Source: Treponemataceae bacterium
Lineage (GTDB): Bacteria; Spirochaetota; Spirochaetia; Treponematales; Rectinemataceae
Direction: 5' to 3'
DNA: 64,000 nucleotides
Assembly: GCA_963678065.2 (NCBI GenBank)
Contig: CAXXVZ010000003.1
Coordinates: forward strand, 1,184,001 to 1,248,000
Every line of letters begins with the position of its first letter. Positions within the stretch are counted from its first letter, which is position 1. Made by a program: the position numbers and the translations under genes. Below, piece by piece: positions 29,701 through 38,263 of the stretch. The notes under the pieces were generated by a model. The model had not been told where the DNA came from and ran no database searches. It saw nothing but the letters and a program-made list of their open reading frames with translations.

Positions 29701-29724
29701 GCCCGTGCCTCGAAACTCATGTAA
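26719..29724 (+). CDS. Large hypothetical protein; degenerate STAND-like region plus TPR-like helical C-terminus
   Basis: 1001 aa ORF with RBS AAGGGG. Ala/Leu-rich helical repeats in the C-terminal half; no intact Walker motifs. Confidence 0.6.
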   Translation: MIRIVMDSSKTHRDPSSESRRLGLFGQLCAEARRFGALVHPEEEGIVADFPESRSPGLLAPSLFLESASAILAAPDAEPARIRLRVFPPGEIGGGPGEKRAEQEAFYPGVSAASGALAGFTRYFAAETLPGTDCRKISRFRFRKPLCPPGEMAIAACPDDIAGLRSKIREFSASAISCAAAALFPASGSSPSTVGTIPAPLCVQGPSDMAFRLLLAAFKVEFGDEAALFPIVGPGSRKRNAFSPIIDGIEAIISGLSAGEPASEEEGRIFGELAAGVDFFRHYPYRTSFCQDLVRGLSLDFRKALELYARRMAAKGLPAWIILRWPEELSEECLALLGDPELFRAGKGILVAAGSRVPTSPQNAFCRDPVRIAGLSFADTIQVARKELPAGLPGLDAVAAARASLQDPLRLALIIEAAGSAGQFSPLPGTSFEELAKQLLENLPEEHSRYLVLLSLAEGVLTGAEFVSYMASQGFPKAALDCVEEYFSFLGFISRESGLPKPVFREVPSIAKNILPDSGSELVGDFLRLLEARMKSGKVRPCLALYRSLSLPAAEDATTQTLALECIAQELALDPAHPGTWTIQDSPCAPWSDFLSAQEMGDREGSAGALIELERSAIPGTPSRALALLARACSEYAEHRIPSAASYAKSAILESGGRRPPLIEARAQRILGLCSLATGQLIQGSAYLSNSADLAGPSGDWMECARAKIAEAGSCLAMGDFGRAGLLARETSALSKLVRRHYPEEAAFFVLARIDFELGRYAGASRTFGALETIAGSCGHDAVCKRAGIWKARSDCHLGDTRLSRAILDREYADPEARWFLAECLLDLGMTSAAAEAAAEATRLAGFAPESIETRTEATKWTGADWHSWQDGFSSLEGLSVGYGASRSLASDRILAFSLYTTSLAQPATAEKNLDTLLSLARENRLATVHPYSYLYFYYAYRLSLLSECAGASPLSLLGRAFKALQLRAGKLGREADFADFFESNREHAAIMAAARASKLM

Positions 29725-29778
29725 GCAGCGACGTAGTGACCGCAATCGATGAGGGGCAATCGATGAGAGGCGATCACT

Positions 29779-30765
29779 GTGTCGCGGCTGACGGACCGCG
29801 GCTTTCGGTTGACCCCGGAATGCCCTTCCGTGCATACTCCGCCGGTGAGACCCCTCGAAGGAACCATCTTCCACGCTGCGCGCGGCTTTCTCGACCACCT
29901 GCTCGAAGAGCTGCCGGACCGGATCCGCGTCGACTCCGAACTCGTTACGGTTCTGGGACCCAGGCCGAAAGCCTACTGGACGCGCAATGTCTGGCTGGAT
30001 CCCTTGGTCATCGAGTTCGATTCGGTCGGAGAGGCCGCCCGCACGCTCAAGGCCATTCAGCGCAACTGGGCACCCTGCCCGACCCGCCTGCACAGGCGCA
30101 CGGCCTTGATCTCGGAGAGACTCCCGCCCCTGCCGACAAAACCCAAACCTTTTCCCTTCGAGATTCCCGCTGTCCCCATGGGCGCCTTCACCCTCCTCGA
30201 CGAAAACCTCCTCGTGGCCTCTCCGGCCTGCTCGAGCCCCTTCCCAAACGGTGAGTTCGAGTTCGAGGAGGACAAGGAGGGACCGCCGAGCCGTGCCTAC
30301 CGGAAAATCTGGGAGGCTCTGCTGCTCGCGGGGAAGAGGCCGGGGCCGGGCGAACGCTGTGTCGACGCCGGAGCCTCGCCCGGCGGCTGGACCTGGGCAC
30401 TCGCGGGGCTCGGCGCCTCGGTGCTCGCCATCGACCGCGCCCCTCTCGATGAGCGCATAGCGGCCATGCCGGGGGTCAGCGCCATGAAACACGACGCCTT
30501 CACCCTCAAGCCGGCCGATATCGGCGCCGTGGACTGGCTGTGCTCGGACGTCATCTGCTATCCGGAAGCCCTCTACGCGTGGGTATCAAAGTGGCTGGAT
30601 TCAGGCCTCGCCCGGAATTTCGTCTGCACGATCAAGATGCAGGGCGCATCCTTCGACAAGGCGACGACAGAGCGCTTCGCCGCCATACCCGGCTCCCGCG
30701 TCGTCCACCTCTGGCACAACCGCCACGAACTCACCTGGATCAAGCTGGACCGAACATCGCCTTGA
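29779..30765 (+). CDS. RlmM/FtsJ-like SAM-dependent RNA 2'-O-methyltransferase
   Basis: PPSRAYRKIWEA, VDAGASPGGWT, AIDRAPL, DWLCSDV, TIK (RlmM-like motifs). Confidence 0.85.
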   Translation: MSRLTDRGFRLTPECPSVHTPPVRPLEGTIFHAARGFLDHLLEELPDRIRVDSELVTVLGPRPKAYWTRNVWLDPLVIEFDSVGEAARTLKAIQRNWAPCPTRLHRRTALISERLPPLPTKPKPFPFEIPAVPMGAFTLLDENLLVASPACSSPFPNGEFEFEEDKEGPPSRAYRKIWEALLLAGKRPGPGERCVDAGASPGGWTWALAGLGASVLAIDRAPLDERIAAMPGVSAMKHDAFTLKPADIGAVDWLCSDVICYPEALYAWVSKWLDSGLARNFVCTIKMQGASFDKATTERFAAIPGSRVVHLWHNRHELTWIKLDRTSP

Positions 30766-32737
30766 GGCGGTCGAAACAGGCGGCGCCCTCTTCCTCCGTG
30801 AACTCCCCCTCGATCTCGGGCTGGCTCGTGAGCCCGGCCGGAATCTCCAGAAGGAAGGGCGAAGGCGCGCAGTCCACGATCTGGTTGCGGTTGCGCCGCT
30901 TGAGGCACGAAGAGATGACGAGTTTCTGCCTCGCCCTCGTCACGGCGACGTAGAAGAGCCGCCTCTCCTCCTCCAGGTTGCCCTCCCCCTCCTCGATGGC
31001 GCGGGCGTGGGGCACGATGCCGTCCTCGCAGCCCGCGAGGAAGACGACGTCGAACTCGAGGCCCTTGGCAGAGTGGATGGTCATGAGGTTGACCTTGCCC
31101 TCCCCGTCCTTGTCGTCGTCGCGGTTCACGAGGCTGACGCGGGAGAGCCACTCGTAGAGCCCCGGGCTCAGGTTGTCGGGGTCTTTCTCCCAGTCCTCCA
31201 TGGACTGCAGAAGGAGCTCGATATTGCGGAACTTCCAGACCGCAACCTTGTCGTTCGTCTTGTGCTCTTCGACGAGGTAGCCCCAGTAGTCGATCCTGTC
31301 GATCATGGCGCGCACTGCCTGGGCGATGCGCTTCTTGCCGAGGAGCTGTTCGCGGAAGGACTCGATGAGATCCATGAACTCACAGAGTTCGACGATACTC
31401 TTGCCCGAAAGCTCCGACAGGGCACCCGAACGCAGAAGCTCGACGGCCGAGCGAAGCGAGCACGAGTGAGCCCTCGCGATGAAAACCAGCTTCTCCAGCG
31501 TCGACTTGCCGATGCCACGCCTGGGGGTGTTCACGATGCGCACGAAGTTGGTGTCGTCGTCGGGATTGGCCACGACCCGCAAGTAGGAAATGACGTCGCG
31601 GATCTCCTTGCGTGAGTAGAAGGAGGGGCCGCCCGTGATCCTGTAAGGAAGCCCGGCGGCCATGAGGGATTCTTCGAGCTGGCGTGAGAGCGAGTTCGTC
31701 CGGATGAGGATGCCGAACTCTTCCCAGGGTTTGTTCTCCCTGAGCCGTATCTCCTTTATGGAGCGGCTTATGTACTCGGCCTCCTGTCTGTCGTCCTCGG
31801 GGCTGACCAACTCGATGGGCGTGCCCTCTTTCCCCGAGGGCGACCAGAGGTTCTTTACTTTGCGGTTCGTGTTGTTGGCGATGATGGCGTTGGCCGCGGT
31901 CAGTATGGTCGAGGTCGAACGGTAGTTCCGCTCGAGCTTGATCTCTTTCACGGCGGGGTAATCCCGCTCGAAACGCAGGAGATTCTCGTAGTTCGCCCCG
32001 CGCCAGGAGTAGATCGACTGATCATCGTCGCCGACGACGCAGACATTCTCGCCCGCTATCATGTGCATGAACTCGTACTGCTGGCTCGAAGTGTCCTGGA
32101 ACTCGTCGATCATGATGTAGCAAAAGCGCTCGCGGTACTTCTGTCTGACTTCCGGGAAGCGTGCAAAGATATCGACCGGCATGGAGATGAGATCGTCGAA
32201 ATCGACGGCGTTGAAAATTTTCAGCGCTCGGCGGTACTCGGCGAAAAGCCCCTTGTAGGCATCGTTCTCCCCGGCCCACTCGGCCCTGCCGCAGGCGACG
32301 TCCGAGAAAATCTGCCCCACCTTGTACGCGTCGAAACCTTCCATTGTAAAGCCCAATTCGCGGGCGCAGTCCTTGATGGTCTGGGTCTTGTCGGTCTCGT
32401 CGTAGATCGAGAAGTTATCCTTCCAGCCGAGGAGGTGGATCTCCTTTCTGAGAATCTTCACGCCGAAGGAGTGGAAGGTCGAGACGGTCAGGTCGCGCAG
32501 CTTGCGTCCCGTGATCTCCTGGGCGCGGTTCGCCATCTCCCGCGCGGCCTTGTTCGTGAAGGTCAGCGCGAGTATGGCGCTCTGGGGGATGCCCCTCTCG
32601 AGCATGTACGCGATGCGGAAGGTGATGACCCTCGTCTTGCCCGAGCCGGCGCCCGCGATGATGAGGACAGGGCCCTCCGTCGCGGTGACGGCCTCGTACT
32701 GTTCCGGATTGAGTTCTTTCGAGTAATCGATGCGCAT
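30740..32737 (-). CDS. UvrD/Rep/PcrA superfamily 1 helicase
   Basis: AGAGSGKT, TFTNKAA, DEFQD, VGDDDQSIY, NYRS, TIHSAKGLEF, EERRLFYVAVTRA. Start at ATG 32737. Confidence 0.96.
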   Translation of the reverse strand: MRIDYSKELNPEQYEAVTATEGPVLIIAGAGSGKTRVITFRIAYMLERGIPQSAILALTFTNKAAREMANRAQEITGRKLRDLTVSTFHSFGVKILRKEIHLLGWKDNFSIYDETDKTQTIKDCARELGFTMEGFDAYKVGQIFSDVACGRAEWAGENDAYKGLFAEYRRALKIFNAVDFDDLISMPVDIFARFPEVRQKYRERFCYIMIDEFQDTSSQQYEFMHMIAGENVCVVGDDDQSIYSWRGANYENLLRFERDYPAVKEIKLERNYRSTSTILTAANAIIANNTNRKVKNLWSPSGKEGTPIELVSPEDDRQEAEYISRSIKEIRLRENKPWEEFGILIRTNSLSRQLEESLMAAGLPYRITGGPSFYSRKEIRDVISYLRVVANPDDDTNFVRIVNTPRRGIGKSTLEKLVFIARAHSCSLRSAVELLRSGALSELSGKSIVELCEFMDLIESFREQLLGKKRIAQAVRAMIDRIDYWGYLVEEHKTNDKVAVWKFRNIELLLQSMEDWEKDPDNLSPGLYEWLSRVSLVNRDDDKDGEGKVNLMTIHSAKGLEFDVVFLAGCEDGIVPHARAIEEGEGNLEEERRLFYVAVTRARQKLVISSCLKRRNRNQIVDCAPSPFLLEIPAGLTSQPEIEGEFTEEEGAACFDRLKAMFGPA

Positions 32738-32834
32738 ATTGACCCTTGTCGTGCGGTATTTCCTGGGTTGTCCCGGGTCGACGATTCTGTGGTGTGGATA
32801 TCGCGCTCGCCCCGGAGTGGGGCAGCTCGCCTGT

Positions 32835-33314
32835 CTAGATTTTTTTCGTGAAGAAAGAGAGAGCCCCGATTCCGAGACCGACAACCGCCGTGACGATGCA
32901 GCCGGCCACGAAGACGCCGGCGGCCACGGCGAGTATGGTCTTCTTCTTCTCCATGCCCAGTATCCATCCCCCGAGGATGCCCGTCCAGGCACCTGTCAGG
33001 GGAAGCGGTATGGCGACGAAGACCATGAGTCCCCAGTAGCCGTATTTCTGGACGCTCTCGTGGACCTTGAGACGGGCCCGCTCGACGAAGCGGTCGAAGA
33101 AGTTCTTGTAGGCCTTCCATTTGTACAGAAGCTTGTGGAATGTGTTGAGAAAGAGGTAGGCGATCGGCCCCGCGAGGGCGTTGACCAGGATGCAGAAGAC
33201 AGCCGCCTGAAGAAGCGGCATGCCCTTGGCGACCGCGAAGGGAATGGCTCCGCGCAGTTCGGAAATGGGAAGAAGAGCGAGGAGGGCTGTGAGCCCGAGG
33301 TTTTGCAGGTCCAT
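32835..33314 (-). CDS. COG2426-type small multidrug-export-like membrane protein
   Basis: LPISELRGAIP and FVAIPLPLTGAWTG motifs. Confidence 0.88.
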   Translation of the reverse strand: MDLQNLGLTALLALLPISELRGAIPFAVAKGMPLLQAAVFCILVNALAGPIAYLFLNTFHKLLYKWKAYKNFFDRFVERARLKVHESVQKYGYWGLMVFVAIPLPLTGAWTGILGGWILGMEKKKTILAVAAGVFVAGCIVTAVVGLGIGALSFFTKKI

Positions 33315-33389
33315 CGCCAGAGTATACCGGCGTTTTCAGGCTTCGGGAAGGCCGGCGACTTCATTCGCGGCCGCAACCCGGTTCGCGAC

Positions 33390-34466
33390 CTATAGGGGAA
33401 CCTGAGCGCCACGCGCCGCAAGGAATCTCGAAAGGGCCTGCATAAAGGCCTCTTCGTCCGGAGGCAGCCAGACGATGCCGGGCAGGGCCCGGAAAAAGGT
33501 CATCTGCCGCTTCGCGTAGCGCCTCGTGTCGAGCTTGACGAGTTCTCTGATCCCTGCAAGGACGACTTTCCGGTCGAAGTCAAGAATCTGTCCTGATTCG
33601 GGATCGAAGAACTCGCGGTAGCCTATGGCCCTCATGCCGGGGTCCCGGGCGCGGTATCCCTTCGCGGCAAGGCCTCTGAACTCCTCCACGAGTCCTGAGT
33701 CGAACATGGCGTCGACGCGCCCGTCGATCCTCGCGTTGAGCTCCTCCCGCGGCCTTTCGATACCGACGACAAGGAAATCCTCGTCGTCGCGCAAACCTTC
33801 CCCGGCCGCGAAATCGGCCAATGGCCTTCCCGTGGCGCGGATAATCTCGAGCGCGCGGGTCAGTCTGTAGGTATCATTGACATGTATGCGTTCCGCCGAA
33901 ACCGGGTCGGATCTCTGAAGCTCCTCGCGCAGGGCCCCGACGCCGAGACGTTCGAGGTCGGAGGCCACACAGGCCCGGATCGCGGGATCGGCCGCGGGAG
34001 CGCCCGGGACCCCGCACAGGAAGTTGCGGACGTAAAAGCCGGTTCCCCCGCAGAGGACAGGGAGCCTGCCCTTCTGCCGTATCGCCGCACAGGCTTCGAC
34101 GGCGAGTCGGACAAAATCCCCTGCCGTGTACTGTTCGTCGGGGTCGCGGATATCGATGAGGTGGTGGGGAAGCCGGGAGAGAAGCGCCGGCTCGGGTTTG
34201 GCCGTCCCGATGTCCATGCCCCGGTAGGCCTGCATGGAATCCGCGCTGACAACCTCGGCGACAAAACTGCCCGGAACCTCGGCTCCGAAGCGGCCGCCGT
34301 CGAGACCACTGGAGTCGTCAACAACTCCGGGTTCACCGTCGGCAGGCAGGTCTTTGGCGATACAAAAGGCCCCCCCACCGAAAACCCGGTCGAGGAGCCC
34401 TGTTTTTCCCGAAGCGGTCGGACCGACGAGAACGACGGTCTTATTCTTCGATTGCCTTGTACTCAA
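33390..34466 (-). CDS. miaA: tRNA dimethylallyltransferase MiaA
   Basis: GPTASGKT, SADSMQ.YRGMDIGTAKP, GGTGFY, AIGY.E, YAKRQ.T. Start uncertain (TTG at 34466 chosen). Confidence 0.95.
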   Translation of the reverse strand: MSTRQSKNKTVVLVGPTASGKTGLLDRVFGGGAFCIAKDLPADGEPGVVDDSSGLDGGRFGAEVPGSFVAEVVSADSMQAYRGMDIGTAKPEPALLSRLPHHLIDIRDPDEQYTAGDFVRLAVEACAAIRQKGRLPVLCGGTGFYVRNFLCGVPGAPAADPAIRACVASDLERLGVGALREELQRSDPVSAERIHVNDTYRLTRALEIIRATGRPLADFAAGEGLRDDEDFLVVGIERPREELNARIDGRVDAMFDSGLVEEFRGLAAKGYRARDPGMRAIGYREFFDPESGQILDFDRKVVLAGIRELVKLDTRRYAKRQMTFFRALPGIVWLPPDEEAFMQALSRFLAARGAQVPL

Positions 34467-34635
34467 TGTCTTTCGCGAAAACCTGCCTGGTCGCGAGGGA
34501 AACCACCTTCCCGTTGCTCTTTTCGACATCCTCGTTCTTGATGACGCCGAGCTGGTAGGCCCGCCTCGTGATGGCCACGGTGATTTCGTAGGCGTTTCTG
34601 TCGTATTCGATGAGTTGCTCAAGAGGCATGATCAT
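34441..34635 (-). CDS. rpoZ: RNA polymerase omega subunit (short spirochaete type)
   Basis: 64 aa MIMPLEQLI...NAYEITVA..RRAYQL...KVVSLA; RBS GAGGAG; directly upstream of miaA. Confidence 0.8.
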   Translation of the reverse strand: MIMPLEQLIEYDRNAYEITVAITRRAYQLGVIKNEDVEKSNGKVVSLATRQVFAKDIEYKAIEE

Positions 34636-34712
34636 TTCGACTCCTCTTTTCTGTCATGGCGCCGCCAGGGTGTCACGGAGAAATCCGCGTGCTGCCCGGC
34701 GAGCGGTGCCGT

Positions 34713-35051
34713 TCAAAGTCCGGCTTCGAAAAGTCTTTTGTCCAGAGAGGCGAGGAGACTGCTCGCGGCCATTTCTCCCTCGTCGTTCGCCCTGCCTTCC
34801 TTGCCTTCTCCGGCCGCCTTCGCGTGACGGAGTTCATCCAGTAGGACGATACCGGCAAGGATCGAAAGCTTGAGCGGATCAGAAACGTGGGTCGCCGTCG
34901 AGAGTCTCGACATGCGGAGGCGGAGTTCAGAGACGAGATCATCCATATACTCGGGACTTTCGTCCGTCTGGATGGAGAACACGGTGCCCAGAAGGTCTAT
35001 ACGCACCTGGCTCGCGGCTTTTTCCTGTGGATCAGAAGATGTCGAGCTCAT
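34713..35051 (-). CDS. zapA: Cell division protein ZapA
   Basis: VRIDLLGTVFSIQTDESPEYM...DPLKLSILAGIVLLDEL. Start at ATG 35051. Confidence 0.85.
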   Translation of the reverse strand: MSSTSSDPQEKAASQVRIDLLGTVFSIQTDESPEYMDDLVSELRLRMSRLSTATHVSDPLKLSILAGIVLLDELRHAKAAGEGKEGRANDEGEMAASSLLASLDKRLFEAGL

Positions 35052-35841
35052 TTTCGGCTCCGGGAAATGTAGGCTCTTGAGTCGCTGGAGCTGTCGGGGT
35101 CCAGACAGCCGCCTCCTCCTCGAAGGCCCCAGAATCCTCTGAATCCGGCGCCGCTGTGGTGGCGGTTCCGGAACCGGCAAGCGCCGCGTCCAGCGCGGAT
35201 ACCGCGTCAGCGAACATGTCCGCTTCACGGACATCCTCGCCTGAGGCGCTTGCCTGGTGCTCGACGACAGGCTCGGTCCGCTCCGTCCCCGCAGTCTGGT
35301 CCGCCGACCGATCTTCGGTCGCCACGGCAGACGAAACGGCAGCGCTCTCTTCGTGCGCCTGGGCCGTCCTCGAGCCCAGCACGAGATCTTCGAAGGCGTC
35401 GAGCTTCTCGAGAGCATGCACGATGCCTTCCTCGATACGTGCCTGCTCGCGGCGCAACTCCTCGGCGCGGTTCTCGAGCTCGAAGGCCCTCGCCTCCGCG
35501 CGCGCGGCTTTTTCCTCGAGCGCGATGGCGCGGGCTTCCCGCTCGGAGAGCCTGGCCGAAAGTTCGGGTATCTTGGCTTCGGCCACCGCGGTGCGAGCCT
35601 CGAATGCCGAGGCCCGGGCCTCGGCAGCCTGGAGCGCCGTCTGGCCCTCGGCTTCGCGCCTGGCCAGAACTTCCACGCGGGCCTCGAGCTCGGCGCTGCG
35701 GCTCTCGGCCGCGCCCTGCCTGGACTGGGCTTCCGCGAGGCGGCGCCCCAGACCTTCGTTCTCGCCGCGAAGTTCGCGAATGAGTACGACCGCCTTTTCT
35801 ACCCTCGCTTCAAGGGCGCGGATTTGCTCGAGGCTTATCAT
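35032..35841 (-). CDS. ZapB-like coiled-coil protein with acidic tail ending ELDIF
   Basis: MISLEQIRALEARVEKAV..I..LR.EN, long heptad region, directly upstream of zapA. Confidence 0.75.
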   Translation of the reverse strand: MISLEQIRALEARVEKAVVLIRELRGENEGLGRRLAEAQSRQGAAESRSAELEARVEVLARREAEGQTALQAAEARASAFEARTAVAEAKIPELSARLSEREARAIALEEKAARAEARAFELENRAEELRREQARIEEGIVHALEKLDAFEDLVLGSRTAQAHEESAAVSSAVATEDRSADQTAGTERTEPVVEHQASASGEDVREADMFADAVSALDAALAGSGTATTAAPDSEDSGAFEEEAAVWTPTAPATQEPTFPGAENELDIF

Positions 35842-35845
35842 GGTC

Positions 35846-36205
35846 TCAGGCCGCCAAAGCCGCTTTGGCCTTCTCCACGATGGCCGTGAACGCGGCCAGA
35901 TCGCGGACGGCGAGGTCGGCGAGCATCTTGCGGTCGACAAGAATGTTGGCCTTGTTCATGCCTTCGATGAAGCGGCTGTAGGAGATGTCCTGGGCCCTGC
36001 AGGCGGCGTTGATGCGGGCGATCCACAGATTGCGGAAGGTGCCCTTCTTGTCCTTGCGATCCCTGTAAGCGTAGGACAGAGCCTTCGCGACCGCGTCTTT
36101 GGCGACTTTGTAGTTGGAATGCCTGCGGCCCCAAAAGCCCTTGGCATGTCCGAGTATCTTTTTCCGATGTTCTTTTCGTTTGGAACCGTCTACCGCTCTC
36201 GGCAT
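35846..36205 (-). CDS. rplT: 50S ribosomal protein L20
   Basis: [37 protein letters not shown]. Confidence 0.98.
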   Translation of the reverse strand: MPRAVDGSKRKEHRKKILGHAKGFWGRRHSNYKVAKDAVAKALSYAYRDRKDKKGTFRNLWIARINAACRAQDISYSRFIEGMNKANILVDRKMLADLAVRDLAAFTAIVEKAKAALAA

Positions 36206-36299
36206 GTGCGTTCTCCTCTCATATTACGGTCATAATCCCGCTCGCTCTCAATGGCGTCGAGGGTCCGGTCCGACGGGGCTTCATTCCGGACCCCTGAAA

Positions 36300-36500
36300 T
36301 CAGCCGTAGGGAAGGAGCTTCTTCTTGATCTGGCCAGTGGCGCAGGGAGCGACGAAACCGGCTTTCCGGAGGCCTCTCTTGCGCTTGGTGGTTTTCTTGG
36401 TGAGAATATGGCGAAGATTCATCTTCTTGTACTTTACCTTGCCGCTCGCGGTCAGCGAATAACGCTTGGCGGCGGCTTTCTTCGTCTTCATCTTGGGCAT
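36300..36500 (-). CDS. rpmI: 50S ribosomal protein L35
   Basis: MPKMKT..AAAKR...TASGK...HILTKK..KRKR.L...LLPY. Confidence 0.98.
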   Translation of the reverse strand: MPKMKTKKAAAKRYSLTASGKVKYKKMNLRHILTKKTTKRKRGLRKAGFVAPCATGQIKKKLLPYG

Positions 36501-36528
36501 GATCTACCGTCCTTCGTGTCGATACAAA

Positions 36529-37098
36529 CTATTGTTGGCCGCCATCGGCCGGGGCAGGCTCCTCGGCGGCAGGTTTCTTGATGATCGAGATCTTGGGCTG
36601 GAGGATCATAGACATGAAGCGGCCTTCCATGAGTGGAGGCTTCTCCATGATATAGTATCCCTCGAGCTTGCCGAGGACCCGCTTGAGGACCTGCTCGCCG
36701 ATCTCGGTGTGGGCCAGTTCGCGTCCGCGGAAGCGGATGGTGACCTTGACCTTGAAGCCCTGCTCGAGAAAGTCTCTGACATGCTCGGACTTGAAATCGA
36801 GGTCGTGACCCGCAATCTTCGGCTGCATGCGGATTTCCTTGAGTTCGCCGACCTTCGTCTTCTTCCGGGAATCCTTGACTTTCTTTTCCTGCTCGAACTT
36901 GAACTTGCCATAGTTCAAGAGCTTGCATACGGGCGGAATCGACTGGGGGGCCACTTCGACGAGGTCGAGACCGAGCTCTCTCGCCGTGCGGATGGCTTCG
37001 AGCGTCGGGATGATACCCTTCTGCTCGCCCTGATCATCGATGAGCCTGACTTCACGCACGCGGATCTGTTCGTTGATCCGCAAGTCCTTGTCTGCCAA
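36529..37098 (-). CDS. infC: Translation initiation factor IF-3 (TTG start)
   Basis: INEQIR..EVRLI, LDLVEV, PPVCKL..YGK, KVK..IRFRGRE; RBS AAGGAGGT. Confidence 0.98.
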   Translation of the reverse strand: MADKDLRINEQIRVREVRLIDDQGEQKGIIPTLEAIRTARELGLDLVEVAPQSIPPVCKLLNYGKFKFEQEKKVKDSRKKTKVGELKEIRMQPKIAGHDLDFKSEHVRDFLEQGFKVKVTIRFRGRELAHTEIGEQVLKRVLGKLEGYYIMEKPPLMEGRFMSMILQPKISIIKKPAAEEPAPADGGQQ

Positions 37099-37330
37099 CT
37101 GACCTCCTTCGGCAACGGCTCCGCAACGGACGGAACCAGGCCCCGCAAGCGCGGAACCGTGGCAAGTACTTTAGCACAGCCGGAGCGAACGCGTAAAGGC
37201 CCGCGGAGGGATAAACGCCTATACCATTGCAGGAAAAAGCACAATGACTCTGCCGCTCACGGACAGCGCCGCCAGGGCGGGCTGCGGGCGTCTTGTGGCG
37301 GGCGCGGATACCGTGGTAACTTTTATCTGT

Positions 37331-38071
37331 ATGTATGTCTTTTCATGCCTCGCCCCCGCGCTCGCCTTCTATATTCTCTTCGCGCTGTTCTATCCCATCG
37401 CGGAGCGGAGAGCCACTCTGAGGATCTGGGTCCGGGGACTCGCGTTCTCGCTTCCTCTCGTTTTTCTCTCAAGACTTGCAGGATCTCTCGTCCCCGCCCT
37501 CTATGGCAGCATTCTCTCGCCCTTCCACGAGGCGGCCGACCGCTTCCTGCCCTACGCGCTCCTTCCCGGAGCCCTTTATGCCCTGTTCAAGCACAGACGC
37601 GACATGGCCAGGGAAGGAGCTGCCCGGAGGAGTTTGACGGCCTTCTATGCCGGCTCACTCTCGCTCACCGGATTCGCCGAAATTTTCCACACCGTCGAGG
37701 CGCCCTCCATTTTCGTGCTCTTCGCGCTCCCCCTGCTGACTTTTTCCGTCATGCTCGTCGCTCCCCGTTTCTGGGCCGGCCTCGGGAACATGGCGGAGGA
37801 TCCGGTGCCGCGCCGTCCCTTTGCCGGACTGCCTCTCCTGCCCGCCCGGAAAGGCGACGCTCTGGTGAGGCGCGCGGCCGATTTCCTGCGGAAGATGACA
37901 TTTACGGCGAAGCTGCGGCTCTGGCTCTACTTCGCGGGCATCTGTCTCACCGCATCCCTCGTGCCCGAATTTTTCAGGCACCGCCAGTGGTTTTTCGCCT
38001 GGCCGCTCACGCTGGGCATCGCTCTCCTTTCCTGGACATTCGCGCTGCCGGGACTGCGGGCCGGAGAATGA
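37331..38071 (+). CDS. Multi-pass membrane protein, unknown function
   Basis: Several hydrophobic segments. Tracked ORF 37244-38071; start moved to ATG 37331 because a promoter-like TTGTGG-18-TAACTT lies just upstream. Confidence 0.7.
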   Translation: MYVFSCLAPALAFYILFALFYPIAERRATLRIWVRGLAFSLPLVFLSRLAGSLVPALYGSILSPFHEAADRFLPYALLPGALYALFKHRRDMAREGAARRSLTAFYAGSLSLTGFAEIFHTVEAPSIFVLFALPLLTFSVMLVAPRFWAGLGNMAEDPVPRRPFAGLPLLPARKGDALVRRAADFLRKMTFTAKLRLWLYFAGICLTASLVPEFFRHRQWFFAWPLTLGIALLSWTFALPGLRAGE

Positions 38072-38119
38072 CAGACCAGGTCTGAACACCCTTCCTTCAA
38101 CCGGGGTCTCAACCCGGAA

Positions 38120-38157
38120 AACAAAGAACCGCGCCCCGGAAGGCGCGGTTCTTTGTT
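38120..38157. terminator. Bidirectional intrinsic terminator between convergent genes
   Basis: Perfect 16-bp inverted repeat AACAAAGAACCGCGCC-ccggaa-GGCGCGGTTCTTTGTT, U-rich 3' arm on both strands. Confidence 0.85.
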
Positions 38158-38263
38158 CACAGGGCCAGTCTCCCCGATGGAAGGCCAGCGCTGAAGGGTA
38201 TGCGATTCTCCTTGCGAATCAGCAACCTCGCAGCGAGCTGCAGAGAATGGACCCACATGCGAA

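Noticed and set aside
28341..30254. Long alternative-frame or antisense ORFs (this one, 36466-38085, 47163-48875, 51597-53657, 62552-63979 and others)
   Set aside because: Shadow ORFs expected in high-GC DNA; they overlap well-supported genes and lack recognisable motifs.
34636..34712. Possible 6S RNA downstream of zapA
   Set aside because: The gap is only about 77 nt, too short for a ~180-nt 6S RNA.
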